64,000 nt of DNA, taken from NCBI GenBank assembly GCA_043228905.1, contig JBHGNT010000020.1, forward strand, positions 15,066,001 through 15,130,000. The letters are read 5' to 3'. A program made the position numbers and the translations under genes. How positions within the stretch are numbered: position 1 is the stretch's first letter; each line of letters opens with the position of its first letter. Shown here in pieces: positions 36,499-50,900 of this stretch. The notes beneath the pieces are model-generated. The model saw only the letters and a program-made list of their open reading frames with translations, was not told the DNA's origin and did not search any database. The stretch comes from Azolla caroliniana (lineage: Eukaryota > Plantae > Polypodiophyta).

Positions 36499-37043
36499 TA
36501 GCAATAGGCACGGTTCAGTTCAGTTTCAAGGCAAAGAAACCGAACCGAACCATTTATATAAACCAAAACCAAACCAAACTGTTTAGGGAAAAGTTGAAAC
36601 CAAACCGAACCATTTAATAAAAAATTTAAACCAAAGCATTTAAACCCAAACCGTTTAGGGAAAAGTTGAAACCAAACCAAACCATTTAAATCAAACTAAT
36701 TAAATATCTAAATAAACAAAAATACATTAAATTAAATAAGCATTTATCATAAATTTATTAAATCAATAAAAGAAGCTTTAATTGAACCATTAAATTAAAT
36801 AAACATTTAAGTTTAATTAATTAAATCAATAAGAAACCATTAACTAAACCATTAAATTAATAAACTATTAAGGAAAAAAAAACTGTCAACCAAAAACCTA
36901 TAAACCTTTAAACCAAACCTATAAACCCGAGTTTTAGAACCGAACCAAACCTATAAACCATTAAATGTTTTTGGAACCAATAAATTGTTAAACCATGGCT
37001 TAGTGGTTCAATTTGGTTTGAGCCAAAACTGTGCCCATTGCTA
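36499..37043. mobile_element. hAT-type MITE in the LTR of element G
   Basis: TIRs TAGCAATAGGCACGGTT / AACTGTGCCCATTGCTA; 8-bp TSD ATTATATA; AAACC subterminal repeats. Confidence 0.88.
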
Positions 37044-37987
37044 ATTATATATAATAATAATAACAGCTACATTTGTAAATAGCCCATACTGTGTATGAGT
37101 ATAAATACACCTAGGGCAACCATTATGGTTGAGATGTGGGTAGAGCTTCTGTAACAGAGAGCAAAAGAGAGCGCAACAAAGAATAGGAAGAGACTCGGAG
37201 AGAGTGTGAGTGTGAGTGTGAGTTACACTCTTGTAAAACCCTAAATGGTGAATACTCTGATATAACAGTTCTTGTAATTTGTCTTTTCTCTTGTACCTCC
37301 ACTATATAGTGTAGATCTGTTGCCCGTGGTTTTCCCATGTTTAGGGTTTCCACGTAAAACCTGTGTATTGTTTTATTCTCTATCGATTTGCTATTTTCCT
37401 ATTTTCCGCGTTGTGCATTTTTAGTCTATCTTTCTCACAGATCTAGGGTCCGATCTCTACACTTGACGAATTCCTGAAAGAACAAATCCGGACCTCCCTT
37501 AGTCTTGTAAGCTTTAGCTGATGACGAATATTCTCCAAAATAGGAGTCAAGTACATCTGTCTTCAAAGGATCCATCAGTCTCACACTCATTCTCCATATT
37601 CAAAATATGCCTTATCTGCTTGTTCGTAAGTTTGTCGATATCGATGCGTGCAGTGACCTCCAAGGCCTGCACGTTGTCGGGGTAGTTGTGGTTCATGCGG
37701 CGAAGTCGCAGGGACTAAGGTTAAGGGGAGTTGAAGGAACTTTTATAAGGCTTGCGCGCAAATGTTAGGAAGATAAAGGATATGAAGAATAATAGTTTAA
37801 AGTAATATGTGAGAGAGAGAGACTAGTATAGATAAAAGATAGAGGCAATGTATGATTCAAGACGCAAGATAGAGACAAAGTATGATTTAAGACAAAAAAG
37901 TATATGATATGAACATGATGTGTATTACGAATACAAGATTTTACCAACTTTACAATGTTTGGTAGCAAGATGAACCATTTCTCTACC

Positions 37988-38495
37988 GACCCTTGATTCG
38001 AACTCTTGTCTCCAACTTGGAAACACGAGCCTCTTCACCAACAAGCTAACTTGTTTGTTTTTTTTTATTATCTTATTTCTCTAACTTTCTCTTGATTCCC
38101 CTCCTTGTTTTCCCTTTCCCCTCTTTATATAAGTGTTGCCATGCATATGGTAATGTATGGGAGCATGGCATGCATGCAATGCATGAGTTACATGTAATGC
38201 ATGATCGCCATTTGGCACACATGCATTGCATGTGATGAATGATGGCTATGTATGAAAATAGATATGAGATAATTATAATGATGAAAATGCATTCTAAAAT
38301 AACTAACCTAGCTTAGTGGTGTATGCATGGTGCTTGGTATACAAGGTTGAGGGTTCAAGTCCCTCAATTTTACTTAATACAAGCTTCATTCTTATATCAT
38401 CAAGCACATTTATTACGCACTTTTACAAATAAATAGCCTAGCCTAGTGGTATGTACATTGTACATCGTATATAAGGATGTGGGTTCAAGTCTCTC
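37988..38495. repeat. Three degenerate tRNA-like (A-box/B-box) modules, probably SINE/TE-derived
   Basis: Minus 37988-38048 (TAGCTTGTTGG...GAGTTCGAATC); plus 38309-38365 and 38439-38495 (TAGC(T/C)TAGTGG...GGTTCAAGTC). Confidence 0.5.
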
Positions 38496-39249
38496 AAATA
38501 TTATTAAATACAACATTTAAGCTCATTTTTATATCGTGAAGCACATTCTTCACGACAACGTGTGGTTGTGCATCAGCAACGCTTAAGAAGACACCCAGTC
38601 CCTTTGTCTGTAACCAGGCCCTTACGTGGTTAGAAACCTTGATTGACATCTCTACTTCATCTTTTGATGTGAGGGTGCTTGTGTCTGTGTGAGAATCAGA
38701 AAACTCGAGTTCTCTATGTGTTCTATGTGCTCTTGCCTGTGCTTCTTTTCCCTTTTGTATGTGAGGAAAAAGAGAAGAAAAAGTTTTGTATAAGTGAAGA
38801 AATGACCCATATTTCAAGAAAATAACGGCTTCAATAATAGAATCTTTGAGTTAATGCTACCTTATAGAGCCACTTATTACTTGCTATAATGATTTTTCTA
38901 TGATTGTTGGGTTCTTTATATAGATGGAAAAGTAATAGTGCCAAGAAGTATTTAGGCAAAGGAAATTTTTCTGTTATCTCTTCTTTCTTTCTTTTCTTTT
39001 CTTTTAAATATTAGTTAATAGTATATGGTATTTACATTATTGACCCCTTTTGTAATTATGGTCGTTTGACCAAAATTGGGCTAGTCGGTCGACTGCCCAG
39101 GGAATTGTTGATACGTCGACCAATTTGGTCGGCTGAAGCTAAGAATCGATTGGTCAAGGTCGCCCTTTGTAAGGTTTTAGTCAGAATTCATTCACCCATT
39201 TCAATAGTAATTCACCTGCTAATGTACCAAGTTGGTATGCACCATTGTT

Positions 39250-39950
39250 GTTGTCAACTATCCATTAGGGCCATGTCCATTTGAATCGTAATTTCCCCGG
39301 CATGGAACCCATTCTAGTTTGAATCGTAATTTCCTTCCGCAATCGATGAATTCTTTTGTCTTCCTCTGTTTTTGTTCTAAATGCCACATTGACTATAGTC
39401 GATTCTCCTCCAATGTGAGAAGTTGCTCTTTCTTAATTCTTTCTTACTGTTCTTCATCCAATCGTCCTACCACTTGCATTCTTAAACTCGAAATCTGAAA
39501 TTCGATGGCCATAACTGCATCAAGCCCAAACGCTAACCGAAATGGAGTCGACTGAATCATGGTCTTGTACGTCGTTCGATATGCCCACAATACACTATGT
39601 AACTTCTGATCCCAATCAGTATGGTTTTCATTGACAATTTTCTTTAAGATCATCTACAATGTCTTATTAGTCAATCCATTTGCTTGTGGGTAATAAGGTG
39701 TACCACCATAACCCACTATTCCATACTTTTCGAATGGTCGCCTCCCCAACATAATGGCCTCCAACCACTCCACAATGGGCTTCTCGTAATATTGCTTCAT
39801 TCTCGAATAGTCGTATGCATCTTCTGCAAATTTCGTCGGCCCCTTCAATCAAAAAGAAGTTCCAACTCCGAGCCGCTAGTCTCTTTCTTTCGTCTGGCAA
39901 CATCCCTTCTGGAGGTAATCCGGTGCTGAGAAAGGAGATCATATCTCTAA
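39250..39950 (-). mobile_element. Ty3/gypsy (Tat/Athila-like) integrase fragment, internally deleted
   Basis: EAHCGVVGGHY, TPYYPQANGL, DWDQKLHSVLWAYRTTYK...TPFRLAFG. Confidence 0.85.
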
Positions 39951-40344
39951 TCCATAAGTCCTAAGAATCATCATTGAAATCTTTGAATCCTTCATACCCA
40001 AATTCATGGGGGTCTTCCTGAACAACTTTGCAATATTTGGCACAATGCAAGGCCATTTGTAGGAAAGGTTGAGAAATTGAAAACAATTTTCAAGATGTTT
40101 CCATCTTTCTCATCCCTTGAAATGGGACAAGTTTATGTTCACTCAAGAATGGGAGTTGGTAGTTTGAGGAATCTACCCAAGCTTTCAATAATGTGTTGAC
40201 ACTGGTTGTGTCTTGGTTGGCTACTGTGTATAGAGTTGGCCGGCTTATGCAAAACAATGAGGATCTTGTTTAAACGGAATGGGCAAACAAAATCACAAGT
40301 ACAATAGGATTATGCACTATTTAATATAACAAAACAAAACCACA

Positions 40345-40399
<55 letters not shown>

Positions 40400-41811
40400 G
40401 TTTGTGCTCAAGAAGACTGTTGTATTGCTATTCTTGCCGAACATTAATACAAGAGTTAGTTCCTCATACTTATAGTTAGGGTAACTAAGCCTGAACTGTG
40501 AGGACGTGTTCACGCTAAGAATCGATTGGGTGGAGTAGGACCTTTAGTCCAACACATTGTCTTCTCATAGCACCACATGACTCAATATCTCAATAATAGT
40601 TCAAGGTAAATGACAGACATCATATCGTGGCGTGGGTGAGAAAGATTGTTGGAGGAATGGGCAAACTATGTGGCCAAATTTCACCATATCCATGCACATT
40701 AGAATGCTTGACTTCAACAAGGAATGGATGTATACTTTCTGAACATTGAAGTAACAATTGAAATAAGAGTATTGACAACCTGTCACATGTTGATGAGTTG
40801 TAATGGTGCCATCTGCTTTAATGATATAAATATTTGTAATTGACCAATACTTGATCTCATGCCAAAATGATATTGTTCTTCTTTAAGGAGGCTTCATTTT
40901 TCCTATTTTACACATACTTTACACTTTGTGCCTCGTCAAGTCTATACACGCCCATTAGGCATCACATTGCATGTCCATGGACAATATTTGGACAATTGAA
41001 CCCAAGGCTAGGTGGAGGTGAAGAGCTAGGTATTAAAGGAGAGCTCGACGATCTCGAGGATGGTTTCATTGGTATTCGAAGAATCAAGCATTGAGGGGTG
41101 TCAACAAGCTTGATGGTGGTGGTGGTGTCTCTTCCATATGATTGTTTTTTTGTTAGCTAATCTACTCAGATTAGCACACAACGTATTCACTCTCTAATAC
41201 TAGCAATATATATATATATATATACAAGACATTCTCATTCAGAGAAGCAATACAAACCCAACAGAAACTCTAAAATAACAAATAGAACCTGAAAAATCAG
41301 ATATTTTCACCCTGTTGATATATAATCTTTTATTCACTTGATCGGATATTGTCAAATGACTGACATAAACATTATAGATGTTATAGGAAAATGCTTGACG
41401 AGACCCATCGAATTCCCTTATTCCAAGAAGCTTTGCACCTTGGAGCATCATGCCACATATTGAAATAATGTCCCATTGTCTCACATAATCCAACCATAGC
41501 CCACCAAATAACTCATTTGTCATCATTCTTTAAAGATGTCTGTCTCATATCTAACAAATGGCGAGCTTCTTCGATCCCCCCCCCCCCCCATATAAAAGAT
41601 TGGCACATAGAAAAAGAAAAAAAAAACCATATACAGAATGAACATTTGTGATGCCAAATGTTCAAGAATAAGTGGGAGCCTTTGGGCCAAGTGACATACC
41701 TACTCAGAGATACAATTGATACTCTGATAGGTAATATCCAAGAATCAGTGGGAGGCTTTGGAGCAAGTCAAATACCACCACTTTCACCGCCCAGATATGT
41801 TGCTATGATCG

Positions 41812-42927
41812 CTATGAACCTGAGGTGCCTGGACCATGTCCTGTATCCTTCTCCTGTTGTAGTTGAGTTGGGAAAACCTTCTTGTCCCTACATAAGAGCC
41901 TCTTGAATGCATTGAATTGGCTACCACTCGAACCTGTCCTCAAGGGTAAATGTCGATGTCCATCATGATTGCCAAATGACGGACCAGACAAAGCACTAAA
42001 AGAAGAGGATCGATGATGACTCGCATCAACAGTGATAGCTCCATCAGGCGACGATGTACCATGATCGAGTTGCAAATGGCTGGGCATGGAGATGGTGTTT
42101 GTGTGCGAGTTCATGCTCCCATGGTCGCCCCAGAAGAGGACATTGGTGGGGAATTGTACCCCGGCACGAGGGGCATGAAGGAATCTATCGGAGATGGAGC
42201 GCCTCCATGTCCATCCTGGCGACGGGAGAGATGGGCGGACATCCGAATCGTCCGCAGTCATGGGTCCATGGCCATCAGATTCAGCATTGGCATCAGAGCT
42301 CTGGCTTTGGGTACTTGCCACAGGACCCATATTTGTGGTCCAATCATTGAGCTCTATGGCTAAATCTCCACCCATCTCTACATTAGCCCTACAAAGAGGG
42401 CAAGTAGTGTGAGATGAGAACCACTTGTCAATACAACAGACGTGGAAGCTATGGCTACACTTGGGCAAGACTCGACACTTCTCATTCTCTTGAAACTCCG
42501 ACAAACAAACCGCGCATTCTCGTTGGGGTGTAGAAGCAGCATCTGAGCGCACACTGTAGATGAATGTGGGCAAAGCATCAATGGTGGACTTATGTAAGCC
42601 AATGAGTGGGGTTTCCTGGGCATAAATCAAGGAATTGAAACTATGCCTAAAGGTTCTATTCAAGACATGAGAAGTGGAGGCGTCCTGTAGATGTGAGCGC
42701 CGCCTGGCTGTGGATCGAAACCAGAACCATTTGGCATAGATATGGAGGGCGAGGATGAAGACGAGGACGAAGAAGAGCATGGCCAAGGAGACAATGATAA
42801 TCTTGCCGTTGTATCGGGAGCCATTGTTGTCGATCGCAGCAGTGCCTATGTTGTGGAAGGGTGGGGAGATGGAAGGTCCAGAGAATGACGATGATGATGA
42901 TAATGATGATGATGATCTTGAGGCCAT
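41812..42927 (-). CDS. RING-H2 E3 ubiquitin ligase of the ATL family (ATL2/ATL3/ATL60-like), intronless, ~371 aa
   Basis: N-terminal TM helix; GLD-like motif GLHKSTIDALPTF; RING-H2 CAVC...CSHSFHVCC...CPLC; FPTNVLFWG motif; first ATG at 42927. Confidence 0.95.
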   Translation of the reverse strand: MASRSSSSLSSSSSFSGPSISPPFHNIGTAAIDNNGSRYNGKIIIVSLAMLFFVLVFILALHIYAKWFWFRSTARRRSHLQDASTSHVLNRTFRHSFNSLIYAQETPLIGLHKSTIDALPTFIYSVRSDAASTPQRECAVCLSEFQENEKCRVLPKCSHSFHVCCIDKWFSSHTTCPLCRANVEMGGDLAIELNDWTTNMGPVASTQSQSSDANAESDGHGPMTADDSDVRPSLPSPGWTWRRSISDRFLHAPRAGVQFPTNVLFWGDHGSMNSHTNTISMPSHLQLDHGTSSPDGAITVDASHHRSSSFSALSGPSFGNHDGHRHLPLRTGSSGSQFNAFKRLLCRDKKVFPTQLQQEKDTGHGPGTSGS

Positions 42928-43005
42928 TGGCTTGTGGCACAAAGAAGGTTTGGTTAAAAGAGATTTGGGTGGATGAATGGATAGATGGATGATTGACGTC
43001 AAAAA

Positions 43006-43077
43006 TTAGAGAGAGAGAGAGAGAGGAACAGGGTAGGTACTTCGATTAATGTCGATCACGAGGGAGACAGAGAAGAG

Positions 43078-43127
<50 letters not shown>

Positions 43128-43290
43128 TGTTTCTTCTCTGAGACACACAGACAGAGAGAGAGAGAGAGAGAGGAACAGGGGAGGTCTGAACATGGACCTA
43201 TTTCTCCATTATTGACCCATCGATCTCTCGTATTTTTTGTCTCATCGGAACCACTTTTCTGGAGAGAGAGAGAGAGAGAGAGAGAGAGGG
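43006..43290. repeat. (GA)n/(CT)n microsatellites in the ATL 5' region
   Basis: Directly visible; similar tracts at ~40346-40394 and ~47891-47936. Confidence 0.95.
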
Positions 43291-46200
43291 AAACAAGCGC
43301 ACAAAAATCGGATATGGATGAATCATGCATACATATAGTGATCCTCCTTTCCTGGCTTTTAGTTTACATGGATGATGGATGATGGATGATGGATAATGAA
43401 TGATGGATTTGGCCCACATTAGACATATTGGTGATAAGCTCGAATTTGAGAAAGAAAGAAAGATATATTAACGTCTTCTAAGGCCAAAATTTGGCCCATT
43501 AGAGAGAGAGACAGGTGCATTGGATCTAGAAGGTTTAACTCAATGTTTGCACTTTTGATTCAACAAGTATTCATCCGTTCGGTTCACCAGTTTGGATCGC
43601 CAATAGAATCATAGACAAGTAAATCCGGGTCTAACTTTCTTGACACCTCCCCTTCCAACTAATTATCATCATCTTTTAACACCCCCCAACCCCCACCGTC
43701 CATCCCATTACTTTTAAATGTTCTAAGAAAATAGACTTGGTGTATCGTGAGAGAGAGAGAGAGAGAGAATGTGTGTACATATTTAGGTACCTAGATTTAT
43801 TTCAGTCACAACTACAAGCAAGCCAGCTCCTCCTATATACACATCTCATGACTAGGCTCCCAATTAAATGACATCAAGATCGAACCCTCCATTTTGCCGT
43901 TGTGATGACCCTATCAATGCTAATGTGAAAAAAATATGTCAACCCCATGGTGCCTTTGTAGGAACTATTAGACAAAGAGACAAAATAAAAATAAAAGGAT
44001 CCAAGATTGTAAGAGTCCATTGATGATATACCTCTTATAGCCATGCAATAGCCCCTCTTGCTAATGTGTGAATAAACTTACAAGGAATAAGAAATATTGA
44101 AACTGAGAAAACAAAGATTACGTATGTCATAAACATTTGCCAATAGCCAAGATCACCTAAAGAAGGAAGAATTCAATCTTCATACTCATAGATATACTTT
44201 AGCTCAACAAACCTGATTTCATTTCAAATAAGTGCCTCTCTCAATCATTTTCAATAAAGCTAGAAAGTTTTAGTTGGAATAAATGGATCCTCTTGCAAAA
44301 TGTAGATAGATATACAACTTTCTCATCAAAAGTGGAAGGGCATATCAATCATGTGACTAGCTATTTTCATAGTCTAAATTTATGGTGTCAATTGCTTTAA
44401 AAAAGAAGTGTTTCATTAATGCAGATGTATATTCTACCATCAGTTTATCAACAAAGGCTTACATAATTGACTACTAAAATCAAACAAAAAAGGGTCATCC
44501 AAAAGTACAGGAGAGATTATCTTAGTTAGCTTGCTTGCTTTTTGGTGGCTATCTCTTCTCATTATGAAAAACACCAAACGCGTTTGTTTAGCTAAAAGCG
44601 GCACATCTAACTTAGGATATTGGTTTCTCTTGTATAGCTAGAGCTTATGTCAATATTTTTGTCTAGTCATATTTATTATTATGTATACATATGTCCATGT
44701 AATGCATTTGGAAATGCATGATTGGGATCCAATGTGGCTCCATTTAGGTGCTTCTCAATACAAACTACTGTAGAACATTACAATGTATGTCTCTAAAGAA
44801 TGGCATATCGGATGGACTTTTCAGATAAAGTTCATCTTCTTCTCCAACACAATGACATTTTATTGAATCGCTTTGACATTCACTACAATAGGTATCAAAT
44901 TTGGAAGTCAAATCTACAGAAAGAACATTATGATTTAGCCTTTCGAATAAGCATCAAAACTCATTGCAATTTTTGTTCAAAACTTCTTTAACTAATGAAA
45001 AATAACCTTTATCTTAAATCTAATCTCGTACAACATTCCAAACCATTATATTATAATATATAATTGAGCTTAGTAGAGGTTGGTTTCTCGATGCTACAAC
45101 TTCACAACATAAGTGAACACTACCTATTTCAAGACAAGTTATTGATCAATGCTCTAAATGATAAACTACAATGCTAATCTCTCATTCCTATGGATAGCCA
45201 ACTTTATGCTTAGTTATGTGTGTGCCTAATTAGGTCAATTCTAGAACTTATGGTAAGAGAGATCTTATATCCGATAGAAAAATATGGAATTTGTACTTGA
45301 ATTTTTTACGTTTGTGGAAAAAAGAACTTGACCTTTCCTATGTGTTGGTTCTATGATGTGTGAATCAAATAACAAAGAGAAGTTTCTTTACACGCCAACC
45401 AATATAGATAATAAGGGGAAAAGCTTTCATAATATTTAATAAATGTCAATGGGGCATTGTCAAAATGTGTGGAGTAAAGAAGAAGAGTATGCGAATGTCA
45501 TGAGGAGGGAAATAGCTGAATGATAGAAAAACAAGATTTAATAAAAAATATATATATGTATCCATGACAATTTAGAAAAAGGGGGAAATATAGGAAGGAT
45601 TTGCCTTCACATTTATTTTGCCATAGTCAAAATGACCAATATCAATTTAAAAAGGGCTCACCAACCTTTTTATATGGCTCACAAGTCACAACAGCTGTCA
45701 CAAAGTTCTATAATATCCTCTTACTTGTTTTATGTTGACACCATAACTGATTGGGGTAGCAACTCATTTTCTTGTTCTTATTCTCTCTATATAATTATAC
45801 ACATTTTTATAAGTACACACTCACATCAAGACTTTTCATAACACCTACAGTTTGGTAGTCATATTGGCATTGCCAAAGTTTTGACGGCATAGATCATCTA
45901 CATCTATACGACCGAAGAAGAATGATCATAAAGTCATATATAACCATGGATCTACACCTGATTAGCTAGAGATCTCCTATAACCAATCAACCAAAAAAAT
46001 TCAAAGGAAAGAGCATAAGCCTAATGCCATGTGACATTATAAGAACTATATATCAAACATGCAATGACAATTACAATAATTGGCCAAAGGTAGAATATAG
46101 ATCATTGTTGGTTTGGCCATAATGGACTTCGTTGTGGGACAATTACAATGGGGCCATATTGGCCCAAAATCTAACCCAATTGAAATAAAGATGCACATAG

Positions 46201-46576
46201 TTGGAAATTTGTGTCTTTTAGGTGAGTAACCAAAAACCCAAAAAGAGTTATGTAAATTTATGACTAACAAACCTTAGTTGAAAGCTATGTTGTAATAGTA
46301 AAATTTTATGTATGATGGAAAGTAAATATCACATGCTTTCATCAATACATCCACACAATTTGTAGGTTGTAATTGAGATTTTCTGAGCTTGAAATATTGC
46401 CACAATAGATAATACTCCTAGAAAACATCTCCACAAGACAACAAGTTCCTTGAGTGTGGTGCAAACTTTGCCAAATAGATTAGGACCTTATTTACACCAA
46501 GGAAATGGTTTCTACATATGCCATATCCCATTGCAACGAACATCCATATAGATCAATTTACACAAACTTTACAATT

Positions 46577-46828
46577 AGGGATCGACAAACGACTCGGCTC
46601 AAGCCTAAACCAGTTTTAAACAGCTTAACGGCTCGGCTCGGCTTAGGTTTAGAAACTTGTTTAGAAACTTGAGAGAGAGGGAGAGGGAGGGAGACTACAC
46701 AGACGAGGAGAGTGTGTGTGTGTGTGTGTGTGTGCGAGGGAGACTACATAGATTAGGAGAGAGAGAGGGAGGGAGACTACACATGTCACAGACGAGGAGA
46801 GAGAGAGAAAGGGAGACTACACAGAGGG

Positions 46829-46861
<33 letters not shown>

Positions 46862-46938
46862 GGGGAAACCACACAGTTGTGAGGGAGAGAGAGAGGGAGG
46901 GAGGGAGCTTGTATATAGTACATACTACATAGGGGATC

Positions 46939-46972
<34 letters not shown>

Positions 46973-47231
46973 TATAGGGTGGGAGCTTGTATAGTACATA
47001 GTGGATCGTTTGAGAGAGAGTAGAGAGAGAGAGAGAGGGAGGGAGCTTGTATAGTACATAGTGGATCGTCTGAGAGAGAGGGAGAGAGAGAGGGAGGTTT
47101 CCAAATCGGTTTCTAAGCCGGTTCACAAACCGATTTAGCCTTAAACCGGTTTAGGGATCGGTTTGGTTTGGTTTGGTTCAGGTTTGAGAACCCCTAAATG
47201 GTTTAGGCTTAACCGGTTTGGCTGCAATCTT
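46577..47231. mobile_element. Putative degenerate hAT-like MITE with GA/GT microsatellite core
   Basis: TAGGGAT start and AAACCG/CGGTTT subterminal repeats; TIR and TSD not clean. Confidence 0.4.
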
Positions 47232-47889
47232 GAATATCAATTAGCTAATTTAACTAAGGGTAGAATAAAGTCACCATTATTGTCTAGGAGCCTTTGAGTA
47301 GCTTGTTATATAGGTTAATGAATGCCCAAGACATATCTTCTTTTGGCTGATGCAAAAGTCAATGCATTTCCATCATTCTTGGTGATGTCTTGAATTGCTC
47401 ATGTACTCTTTGCTTATAAGATGTTTTTCCATTTCCATCATTAGTGTTGACATCAATCCTCTCTCATAGGAAGTAGAGCTTTCTTAGATGAGACATCAAC
47501 ACTTCATACACATACACATACACAAAAACACATGTGTAAGCTTCAAAAAATACAAAAGGAAAATGTGCATCAAGGAAACTAATTCCAATTCTACTATGAT
47601 ATGTAAGAAAATGTGTTGGCCGCAAGTGCCTTAAGTACGACTGAAGTCAAGATTTCATGATATGGGTAAAACAATAAGGAAGAATCACAACAAGTTTACC
47701 CTCCTAAAACTATTGTCAGACAATAAATAACTCAAGTTAATTACCATGACAGTCATTCAATCTACAAAATTACTTTTTTGGGAACAACATAAACATAATT
47801 GACGTAACATATAGTGCCCATGCTAACTTTATGGTGGGCTCATATGGTGTTTTCAAAAGTAATAGCAAATGGCCTTATGCTAAGAAGAC

Positions 47890-47942
<53 letters not shown>

Positions 47943-50900
47943 CAAGAAAATCATAAAAGATAAAGAGAAATACAGATAAAGGAGGTGGCTTTAAGAGTCT
48001 TCTCCCCTCTAAATAAAGGCTATCTTCTAATCCTCTCCCCATGCTATGCATGCATATATTGTATACATCACATACATGCATATTCCTATCTATGTTTGTG
48101 TCGTGACTCGTGGATCATTGGTAATGGGAACGAGTAGCTAACATATTATTATGCAAAAGATCACTGCCATGAATGCCGCAATGAATTATTAGAAACTTTA
48201 TGCATTGGTAATGATTATAATAGCATATTGACAAAAATAAGTGTCGACGACATTAATTTCATATACAAATTTTAGACAACTAAAAGAGACTCAGAAAGAT
48301 AGATATACATATTGTAAACAAGTTCATAAGGTATTTTTCGATGCTAGAATGAGAGAGATTAACATCTTTCAAGAGGCCAAATTTGCCTATAAAACCAAAC
48401 AAGTTATTACATCTTAAACTGTTGCTTGGACTTTTTTAGGGTAGATGGTGGTTTCAAAGACATTGTTTCACAAATAAAAAATTATGAATATAACCAAACA
48501 TGTATGAGATGGCACATAAATAAAATCACACCTATTCAAAACCTACAAAGCTAATGATGAAATGTAATAATAAATAGATAAAATTCTTAAAAACAAGTTA
48601 GCAAATTTACAAACGTAATCTTGTTTCTTAGTCATATTGCCTAAATAATGTAGGTCAAAGTTAGAAACTCTTAATCACATGAAAAGTAAGGCTAACCATA
48701 TTATTTTAGTGAATAAGTGATATTACCTCAATGGTCACAATAATCATAATTGAAGACGGATTTCTAACTTAAACATGTGCCTACCAATTCCTATAAAGGA
48801 AAAAGGAGGCCAAAATCATTTCTAGTTCTCCTACTTAATACAAACTCACTTTTTACCTAGAAACACTTAGTGATACATATTACAAGAATTATAAAAGGTC
48901 CAACAAAAAACATTCTCTAAAACAAGTTGCATTTTCTTAGTTCATTGGTTATACACAAACCTACTTAATGAGAACAAGCAGTCACTAGGCAATACATGTT
49001 GAAGCTCAATTATATAAACACATTAGATGTCCGTACCAAATCCAAATTTATTTTAGACAAATTACTATCCATGCCTTTATGATCTTACTTGCCGTGTGAG
49101 AATTACAAAACATGATTATGTAGTCATAGAAATATAGCTTTGTGTTTGTACGTACTACGGATGTAGGACATTCAACAATGGACTTAAATCTTCTTCATAA
49201 TTTTTGTTTCAGATAATGTAGCTGCAATATGTGCCCAAAATATGTTTTTACAAAATCAATCATTTAATGAGAAAGCACAATGTGAAAGCAATGTTAGTAA
49301 TTTGTCAACAGGAGAGAGTGAGAACCATTACTATTGAGAGCTACAATCTACCCAAACATTACGTCTTGAAACACAATTATATATAATATAGGACATCTTA
49401 AACATCACCACCAATTTCATCTAGGACACGTGGGTAATACAAGACCCAATTGAGATCATATACCTTGTTGTTGCAATTGCTCCTATATTGTTGTTTTACG
49501 AAATCACTTTCCACAAGTCAAGGTTGAAAACATTGATAACAAACACATGTTGTGACTACTCGTACTCAAAAGGCACAGTGTGAAAGCATTGTTTTGATAT
49601 GTCAATACAACATGATTATTACAAGTTAGATATAGTAACAAGATTATGCTTTTCAACCTTAAGGATGAGGGTTCAAATCTAAAGTAGCATGTTTTACATG
49701 CCTCTTATATTAGTTTATATTGAATCTACATCCATGTTTTGAAATTGAGATCCCATACTCACATCTCACACCTAAAGAATGGATTTACAAGTTCACACTC
49801 AAGGATGCATAACGTTTCAGCCAATCACTCCTAAACGATGGCTTCGTAGATTCATTTTCCAATAGTTACTTGTGGGTTCAAGAAAATGGCTTCACAAATT
49901 CATGACTAGAATATCACAATCCAAGACACCATGTCATAAAGCACCATGGGGGTTCATTACTTTGATGTGTCATATCATAGGCACTTTGGCCATACCTCCC
50001 AGGGTTTTCCTTACAGATTGTGGCATATCAAAGCCATTGAGCAATGGGCGCTCTTCATAAATTATTAAGAGTCATTGGGATCCCTCGTATATGGGTGGGT
50101 CTTTCTATGTGGTTTCATGTATGTCTCCTCCCTTGGCCACTAAGTGTATTTTTCCGATTGTTAAGTTTTCCGCGGAAGTCTTACACTCCGTTGTGCAAGT
50201 CTTCCCTTAGGTTCAGATAGAGTATTAAGGCTCTTCCACATTCTCAGACGGTCTACATTCTCCATCACATCTTCTCTTAGGTTCAGAGCCACATAAAGTT
50301 TCTTAAGCCAATTCCACATTCTCATGGCCTGGTAGTACATGAGAGCACAAGCTTGCGGGGGTGTGGCGGAGGTACGACCCATTGGAGCACAAGAGATCCA
50401 CCCAATGTAAAGCTCAAGATATCCACTGTTTTGTGCTTAGAAGCCAGAGAAACTGATCTTGAGGAGCATTTAGACCCACTCAATATATAGATCTCACTCT
50501 CTTATCAAACCAAATGTCATTTTATTTATTCCTTCTTACCTAAGGCGATCACAAAGCTAAACGAGATGGATTTAGGAGCACCCAATGTTGAGTGCTGCCA
50601 CAAAATTAACCATGAATCATATAAATAAGAAGATGAAAGAAACAAGCGGAATCTAAAAGCAAAAGCAAAGTAAGACAAGAGATGATGGAAAGAAATGAAG
50701 AATTTCGAAAATCAAGACGTAATGGACAGGTAATGTTGAGAAAACAAGAGAGTGGAAATTAGTAAAAGGACAAAGAACAAATTATGGAGTAATTAAGAAT
50801 GTTACAGGGCCAATGAGAGATCCTCCAATATTGTGGACGAAACTAGCACCAAGTTTGGAGCACAAGGGCATGAGCAAGGATTTGCAGACCAAGTGTAGAG

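Larger units (their letters stand above)
27827..37479 (+). mobile_element. Element G: 5'-truncated degenerate Tnt1-like copia, split by element H and by a MITE
   Basis: LWHKRLGHMSE...PEVKG at 27827-27976 resumes at 33399; integrase, RT (YVDD) and RNase H with stops; PPT near 36207-36219; 3' LTR 36220-~37479. Confidence 0.9.

Noticed and set aside
37988-38495. Functional tRNA genes
   Set aside because: No convincing acceptor or anticodon stems; only A/B-box-like remnants.
42928-43002. Longer N-terminus for the ATL protein
   Set aside because: Starts at TTG; the first in-frame ATG is at 42927.
46657-47126. RE/LS-repeat ORFs (also 43046-43419)
   Set aside because: Translations of GA/CT microsatellites.
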